A DNA stretch of 64,000 bases from an uncultured SAR86 cluster bacterium. Its GTDB lineage: Bacteria; Pseudomonadota; Gammaproteobacteria; Magnimaribacterales; D2472. The number at the start of each line of letters is the position of its first letter. Within the stretch, counting starts at the first letter, position 1. A program made the translations under genes and the position numbers. The notes under the pieces are model-generated. The model made no database searches and was not told where the DNA came from. It saw nothing but the letters and a program-made list of their open reading frames with translations. Positions 58,432-64,000 of this stretch are shown one piece after another. The DNA is taken from positions 326,532 to 390,531 of the forward strand of contig CACOPA010000001.1 of the NCBI GenBank assembly GCA_902628925.1, in the 5' to 3' direction.

Positions 58432-59381
58432 ATACTTTTGAGAACTTATTTTTAAATAATAAAATTACTGAAAAATATTCAAATGGAGTTATTTCTCTCA
58501 TAGAAGATGATTATCATGATAATTTTGGCTTTCAGTGGAACCAATTTAATAAGTTACAGCTAGATTCATTCAACGGATCAAATGAGTCTCTTGATAGGTT
58601 ATTATTTCAAAGCAAGTTAAAGGAAGGTGATTTTAAAGACAAATTAGTTTTGGAATTGGGAGCAGGAAATGGAAGATTTACAGAGATCTTGCTTAAACTT
58701 GGAGCAAAAGTTGTTGCAGTGGATTACTCAACGGCTATTAATGCCAATTATGAGAATCATAAATCATATGTAAATGATAATAAGTTAATGTTAGTGCGAG
58801 GAAGCTTGTTTGATCTTCCGCTTAAGAAAGAGGTTTTTGATATTGTAATTTGTTATGGTGTTATTCAGCACACTGGTGATAATAAGGGATGTTTAGACAC
58901 TATTTCTGAATATGTAAAAAAAGATGGTTTATTGCTAGTGGATATATATAGCAATAGCATAAAACACTTCAACCCATTTATATATTTAATAAGACCGTTC
59001 TTCTTTAGGATAAGTGGAGACAGGAAAAAGCTTCGAGTTGTTGAAAATTTTGTTAATAAAGTTTTTCCTGTTCAGCTAAAAGTATTGGGTTATTTGCATA
59101 ATAGAAAGGGAATATTCAAATACTTGAAATTTGTAATAAATAGATCGCCAAACTCAGTTTACGGCATCAATCTTTATCTAGACGGAAAGATTTCTATCAA
59201 GCACGCAAGAGACTGGTCCATTTGTGATACTTATGATGCATGGATGCCTAAACACGACCATCCAGTTTCTATGCGTAAATGGAGGAAATTACTTAATAAT
59301 CTTGCAATTCAAAAGGAATTTGATGTTATGAGTGTTTTTGAGTGTGGACAGGGGAATGCAGCAGTCCTAAAGAAGACTTAA
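58428..59381 (+). CDS. Class I SAM-dependent methyltransferase
   Basis: Motif I is VLELGAGNGRFTE. Also LGAKVVAVDYS, DIVICYGVIQH and GLLLVD. ATGA overlap with the ABC exporter gene. Confidence 0.8.
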   Translation: MNTFENLFLNNKITEKYSNGVISLIEDDYHDNFGFQWNQFNKLQLDSFNGSNESLDRLLFQSKLKEGDFKDKLVLELGAGNGRFTEILLKLGAKVVAVDYSTAINANYENHKSYVNDNKLMLVRGSLFDLPLKKEVFDIVICYGVIQHTGDNKGCLDTISEYVKKDGLLLVDIYSNSIKHFNPFIYLIRPFFFRISGDRKKLRVVENFVNKVFPVQLKVLGYLHNRKGIFKYLKFVINRSPNSVYGINLYLDGKISIKHARDWSICDTYDAWMPKHDHPVSMRKWRKLLNNLAIQKEFDVMSVFECGQGNAAVLKKT

Positions 59382-59382
59382 T

Positions 59383-60462
59383 GTGATTCAAAAAATAAGT
59401 GCATTAATCCCATCATTAAGTGGCGGTGGAGCTGAAAAAGTTTTTAGCTTAATTATTTGCCACGTTCTCAATGCAGGAAACTTAAATAGGGTTTATGTTG
59501 CCCATGATGAAAAACTTGAACTTTCTTTTAATCTCAACAAGCAAACAAAACTATACACTTTATCAAAATCAAAAAAGAAAAGAGCAATAAATGCAGTATT
59601 CAGACTTATAAGTTTAATTTTAAAAGATAAATCTAATAGGTTTTTTCTTACACTTGGGTATGCAAATTTAGCTTTTATTATTAGATTTTTTCGCCCTCAT
59701 TCTAAGATCTTTATAAGATTAGGCAACACAGTATCAGAAGAAATCAAAACACTAGATTTTATAAAAAAATATAGGTATTTAATTTCCTTATACTTAAATT
59801 TAAAGATATCCGACGTAGTTATTGTTCAGTCTAAATTTATGAAAAATGATTTAATTAATTTATTTCCTAAATTACAGAAGAAAATTATTCATATTTATAA
59901 CCCAATAAAACTTGGCAATAAAAAAGAATATCCATGCCCATATGATCGCCCGTATATTTTTTGTGCCTCAACTTTCAAATACCAAAAGGGAATTGACACT
60001 CTCTTAGAGGCTTTTTCAAAATATAAGCAATCAGGGGGGAGAAGATTTTTAGTAATTGCTGGGATTAGTCGCGAAAATAAAAATGTCTTACATTTAATTG
60101 AAAAAAATAATTTAAAAATGACCGATGTTGACCTTTTAGGCTTTAAAGAAAACATAGATGCTTATATTAGCAATGCAGATTTATGTGCGCTAACTTCTAG
60201 ATATGAAGGGATGAGCAATTTTTTACTCGAAGCATGCTCTTATGGAAAAAAAATTATTTGTACTGACTCCCCTGGAGGCAATAGAGAAATTGCCTCCTCT
60301 TATGAGAATATTCACTTTGCTGATGTTGATAATACAAATCAAATTGCTAAATTCTTTCATCAAACTAGAGTTGATTTAAACCAAGATAAAGCAATTAAAG
60401 CTTTAAGTGAATTCGATGAAAGCCAGATTCTTAATCAATACTATAATATTCTGATGAGTTGA
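59383..60462 (+). CDS. Glycosyltransferase, GT-B fold (GT4-like)
   Basis: N-terminus has SLSGGGAEKV. The C-terminal motif YEGMSNFLLEACSYGKKIICTD is E-x7-E-like. GTG start. Confidence 0.8.
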   Translation: MIQKISALIPSLSGGGAEKVFSLIICHVLNAGNLNRVYVAHDEKLELSFNLNKQTKLYTLSKSKKKRAINAVFRLISLILKDKSNRFFLTLGYANLAFIIRFFRPHSKIFIRLGNTVSEEIKTLDFIKKYRYLISLYLNLKISDVVIVQSKFMKNDLINLFPKLQKKIIHIYNPIKLGNKKEYPCPYDRPYIFCASTFKYQKGIDTLLEAFSKYKQSGGRRFLVIAGISRENKNVLHLIEKNNLKMTDVDLLGFKENIDAYISNADLCALTSRYEGMSNFLLEACSYGKKIICTDSPGGNREIASSYENIHFADVDNTNQIAKFFHQTRVDLNQDKAIKALSEFDESQILNQYYNILMS

Positions 60463-60479
60463 TATTTGTATCAAGAAAA

Positions 60480-62528
60480 ATGCACAATAAAATCTCAATT
60501 ATCGTTCCAGTATTTAAAGGTATTTCTCATGTTAAAGAATTTATTGAGTCATTAGAGAAATTTGAAAAGGAACCAGATGAAGTTATTTTCGTTCTCTCTC
60601 CATCCAAAGAAATCGATGAAATTCAATCATTAATTGAAAAATCTCCTTTAAATATTAAAAAACTTATTTCTAACGAAAGGCTTTATCCTGGAGCTGCAAG
60701 AAATTATGGAGCAGAAAGGGCAAAGTTTGAGTGGATAGCTTTTCTGGATATTACAACTATTCCATCACAAGTTTGGTTGAAAGAAATTACAGATGCTATT
60801 TCCAGTGAGTTAAATTTAATTACATGTAAAACAATTGCAGAAGGAAGATCTTTTTTTCAAGATATAATTAAGCAGGCAACATATGGAGATAAGCCATTTA
60901 GATCTATCCCAGGATCATGCGTTAATAAACGTTTTTTTTTAAAAAATAAGTTTTCGGAGAACATCAGAGCAGGCGAAGATATAAAGTGGTTCGAAGATAA
61001 TAAGCTGCATGTAAATGAGCATAAGATTAGTAAAATCTTAATTTCTTATCATGGATTCCCAAAAAAAATTAAGTCTGCTATAAAAAAATGGTTTAAGTAT
61101 TCACTTGAAAATGCTAAATCAGAAATCTTAAGAGAAGAAAAATTTCTCTACCTCACAATTCTTCTTATCGTATTCGCCTATTTTATTTATAACTGGAATT
61201 TTTTGTTTGCAGGGAAAGAGTGGGAGGAGAGCGAATACTTTATTCCACATATAAATAAGATAATTTGGGGTTTGGTTTTTTCTATATATTTTATTTTCAG
61301 AGGAATAATTAAGCCGAAATTAGTTTCGGTAAGTTTAAGAAAAATACTCCCATTTAGATGGATTGGAATAAGTCTTATTGGAATATTGATAGATTTTGTA
61401 AAGATGCCTGGGAGGATAATTGGATCACTTTCATTTGTGCGAAATATTTCTCCTACTGAAAGCAAAAAAATTCTATTCCTAAGCCCTTACCCAAAAGGTT
61501 GTGCTGCAGGACAAAGATTCAAGTTTGAAAACGCAATTGAGATATTAGAAAGAAATGAATATATAGTGGATCAAAATGCATTTCTAGACGTAGATTCATG
61601 GAATGTTTTGTACTCAAGAGGTTTTTATATTATTAAATTTAAAGGTCTTATCAAGGGCTACATGAAAAGGTTATTTATATTATTAAAACTTAGAAAATAT
61701 GATTATGTTTATCTATATTTATGGGGCACCCCAAGAGGTCTTCCGATTTATGAATTTTTAATCAGGCTATTAAGTAAAAGAATTATTGTTGACATTGATG
61801 ATGAAGTCTATAAAAAACAAAGTATTTTGATTTCAATTTTTACCTCAAATCTTAAAACAAACTATCTTACAAAATACGCTGACACAGTTCTTCATACATC
61901 AGAATTTTCATCTGGTGAATGTAAAAAAATAAATCTTAAAGGAAGCTCTTACTTCATTCCTTGCAACCTTGATATGAATCGATATATTAAAAAAGAATTT
62001 GTTAACTTAAATGATAGAAAAATAGTTCTTGGTTGGACTGGTACTTTTAGTTCAAAAGAATATTTAGATTCAATTAGGAATGCACTTATCACCCTTGATA
62101 AAATTGTCGACTTTAAGTTAGTACTCATAACAAATTTTGATTACGAAATTCCTTTAAAAGATTATGAATTAAAAAGATGGAAAGAAAGCAGTGAAATCAA
62201 AGATCTTAATTGTTTTGATATCGGTTTGTATCCAATTCTTTTTGACAATTGGGGTCTTTCTAAAGGTGGATTAAAGGTCCAGCAATATATGTCCTTAGGA
62301 ATCCCTAGTGTATGCACCAACCATGGAGCAGCAAAATCATTTATTAAAAATTGTGAAACCGGTTTTTTAGTTAATTCAGAATCAGACTGGGTTGAAAAGC
62401 TAAAACATTTAATATTAAACCCAGATCTCATTAAGGAAATGGGATTCAAGTCAAGAATATATGCAGAAAAAAATTTTTCAAAAGAGAATATATCCATGAA
62501 ATATATCCAGGCTCTTAAGGAATTATAA
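60480..62528 (+). CDS. Two-domain glycosyltransferase: N-terminal GT2 (GT-A), central hydrophobic segments, C-terminal GT-B (GT4-like)
   Basis: The GT2 part has ISIIVPVFKG, YPGAARNYG, AFLD and AGEDIKWF. Hydrophobic stretches span nt 61143-61400. The GT-B part has ILFLSPYP, LGWTGTFSSKEY and GGLKVQQYMSLGIPSVCT. Confidence 0.75.
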   Translation: MHNKISIIVPVFKGISHVKEFIESLEKFEKEPDEVIFVLSPSKEIDEIQSLIEKSPLNIKKLISNERLYPGAARNYGAERAKFEWIAFLDITTIPSQVWLKEITDAISSELNLITCKTIAEGRSFFQDIIKQATYGDKPFRSIPGSCVNKRFFLKNKFSENIRAGEDIKWFEDNKLHVNEHKISKILISYHGFPKKIKSAIKKWFKYSLENAKSEILREEKFLYLTILLIVFAYFIYNWNFLFAGKEWEESEYFIPHINKIIWGLVFSIYFIFRGIIKPKLVSVSLRKILPFRWIGISLIGILIDFVKMPGRIIGSLSFVRNISPTESKKILFLSPYPKGCAAGQRFKFENAIEILERNEYIVDQNAFLDVDSWNVLYSRGFYIIKFKGLIKGYMKRLFILLKLRKYDYVYLYLWGTPRGLPIYEFLIRLLSKRIIVDIDDEVYKKQSILISIFTSNLKTNYLTKYADTVLHTSEFSSGECKKINLKGSSYFIPCNLDMNRYIKKEFVNLNDRKIVLGWTGTFSSKEYLDSIRNALITLDKIVDFKLVLITNFDYEIPLKDYELKRWKESSEIKDLNCFDIGLYPILFDNWGLSKGGLKVQQYMSLGIPSVCTNHGAAKSFIKNCETGFLVNSESDWVEKLKHLILNPDLIKEMGFKSRIYAEKNFSKENISMKYIQALKEL

Positions 62529-62529
62529 A

Positions 62530-64000
62530 ATGTGTGGAATTGCTGGCCTTATTTCTAAAGTTCCAATTAATTCTCAAAAAAAAGACAGCTTTGAAAATGT
62601 TTTAAGAAGTTTTGATCATAGAGGTCCCGATTATTCTGATACCTGGATTGATAATTCAAATAATATAATTCTTGGACATAATAGGCTCTCTATAATTGAC
62701 CTATCAGCTTCTGGTCATCAGCCAATGTCCTCAATGTCAGGCAAATTAAAAATTGTTTTTAACGGAGAAATATATAACTTTCAGTATTTAAAGAAAAAAC
62801 TTGATTCTGTTAAAGAAATTCGCTGGAAAGGATCCTCTGACACTGAAATTCTTATTGAGCATATAGATCACTTTGGGTTAAGCAATACTCTTGAGAGTAT
62901 TGAAGGAATGTTTGCATTTGCTCTATGGGATATTGAGAAAAAGAACCTGCAATTGGTTCGAGATAGAGCTGGCGAGAAACCGCTTTATTATGCTCTCTTA
63001 AATGGTGAATTTATTTTTGCATCAGAGATTCATGAAATTAATAATTTTTTTATGAATACCTTGAATATCGATCATGAAGCATTAAAAAAATATTTAAAAA
63101 AATCTTGCATCTCTGCACCTTCTTCAATCTTTGAAGAGATTAAAAAGTTAGAACCTGGTCAAACTTTAAAATTTGACGCTACTAAATTTAACTTCTCTGT
63201 ATCACATTATTGGGAGCTTAAAGATATCATTCAAAAAGAAACAAAAAGACGTTCAATTAAATTAGACAGCACTTCTGCAAAAAAGAGTACATTGAATATT
63301 CTAAAAGAGGTTGTTAATTCGCAAATAATAAGTGATGTCCCCATTGGTGCTTTTTTATCAGGAGGAATTGATTCAACCTTAATTAGTGCTATTGCAAATG
63401 ATTCATTAAGCGGAAAGTTAAATACATTCTCAATAAGCTTTGATGACAAATCTTTCGATGAATCAAGTCATGCAAAGGTTGTAGCCGATAAATTAAAAAC
63501 AAATCACATTGAATTTAAGCTCCATGAGGATGAAGCGTTAAGCCTACTTAAGCAAGTTCCATATATTTATGATGAACCGTTTGCAGATTCATCTCAGATC
63601 CCAACTCTTTTGTTATGTAGAGAATCTAGAAAATATATTACTGTTGCATTAACAGGTGATGGAGGCGATGAAGTATTCGGTGGCTATAACAGATACATCT
63701 ATGGACCAAGGTTCTTGAGTCTTAAAAAAATTATTCCAAATAAGCTCTTTACAAGTTTCGGTATAAATATTTCTGCAAAACCTCTTATTAAATTAATGAC
63801 TAAATTAAGATTTTTACCTGCATCATCGCAATTACGTCTATCAAGATTCGTAGATGTTTTCAGGTCTTCAAAAGATTTGAGTGGTTTCTATGAAAATATT
63901 ACTGATCTAAGCAATCTTTCAGATGAATTACTGATTAAAAAATCTTATGAAAATATACCACCGACAGATAATGAAGAAATATTTGATCTTGATATTAATG
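62530..64000 (+). CDS. Asparagine synthase (glutamine-hydrolysing)-like amidotransferase (WbpS-like), runs off the right edge
   Basis: Absent from the ORF track because no stop lies in the window. My translation begins MCGIAGLISK...HRGPD...LGHNRLSIIDLS..GHQPM..., with Cys2 as the Ntn nucleophile. The PP-loop is SGGIDSTLISAIA (about 63358-63396). The frame stayed open in the stretches I translated (about 62530-63000 and 63001-63720); 63721-64000 was not translated. Confidence 0.85.
   Translation, partial: MCGIAGLISKVPINSQKKDSFENVLRSFDHRGPDYSDTWIDNSNNIILGHNRLSIIDLSASGHQPMSSMSGKLKIVFNGEIYNFQYLKKKLDSVKEIRWKGSSDTEILIEHIDHFGLSNTLESIEGMFAFALWDIEKKNLQLVRDRAGEKPLYYALLNGEFIFASEIHEINNFFMNTLNIDHEALKKYLKKSCISAPSSIFEEIKKLEPGQTLKFDATKFNFSVSHYWELKDIIQKETKRRSIKLDSTSAKKSTLNILKEVVNSQIISDVPIGAFLSGGIDSTLISAIANDSLSGKLNTFSISFDDKSFDESSHAKVVADKLKTNHIEFKLHEDEALSLLKQVPYIYDEPFADSSQIPTLLLCRESRKYITVALTGDGGDEVFGGYNRYIYGPRFLSLKKIIPNKLFTSFGINISAKPLIKLMTKLRFLPASSQLRLSRFVDVFRSSKDLSGFYENITDLSNLSDELLIKKSYENIPPTDNEEIFDLDIN

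Noticed and set aside
1-64000. Window-wide scan for CRISPR arrays, long direct or tandem DNA repeats, IS elements, integrases, toxin-antitoxin pairs, restriction-modification or other defence modules
   Set aside because: No repeat-spacer periodicity, no transposase or integrase-like ORFs, and no nuclease, ATPase or methylase combinations were seen. Every ORF over 90 aa outside the two hypothetical loci has an ordinary metabolic, informational or glycan-biosynthesis assignment. A visual scan cannot exclude short or degenerate repeats.

Overview
This is an AT-rich, very tightly packed bacterial chromosome segment with no rRNA, CRISPR, transposase, integrase or recognisable defence genes. Gene families and order are gammaproteobacterial. 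The gyrA-serC-pheA-hisC-tyrA-aroA-cmk-rpsA-ihfB block is arranged as in Pseudomonas-like genomes. Low GC, chained start/stop overlaps, trimmed housekeeping proteins and a very large TonB-dependent receptor suggest a streamlined marine lineage such as SAR86; that is inference only. Positions 1-44.2 kb are core housekeeping: glyA (partial), nth, TonB receptor, thiolase, thiL-pgpA, xseB-ispA-dxs, an RND efflux pair, aroG, scpA-scpB-rluB, ubiG-gph-SDR, infC-rpmI-rplT-pheS-pheT-ihfA, pntAA-AB-B, then gyrA through pgsA. From 44.3 kb to the right edge lies a surface-polysaccharide locus split by tRNA-Cys and tRNA-Leu. It contains rfbBADC, the two tRNAs, wzz, neuB-neuA-neuC, ugd, an orphan GT-B-like protein, a UDP-glucuronate 4-epimerase, a TviB/WbpO-like dehydrogenase, a fused ABC exporter, a methyltransferase, a GT4, a GT2-TM-GT-B fusion and an AsnB-like amidotransferase that runs off the window. 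The best candidates for something new are three. (1) A DnaT-like plus lambda-P-like gene pair welded to the aroG operon, possibly a helicase-loading or restart module that uses neither DnaC nor DciA. (2) An orphan protein carrying the D/E-D/E-G and HP sialyltransferase motifs next to neuBAC. (3) The unusual export and polymerisation gene set of the polysaccharide locus. All function calls come from reading motifs by eye; no database search was possible.
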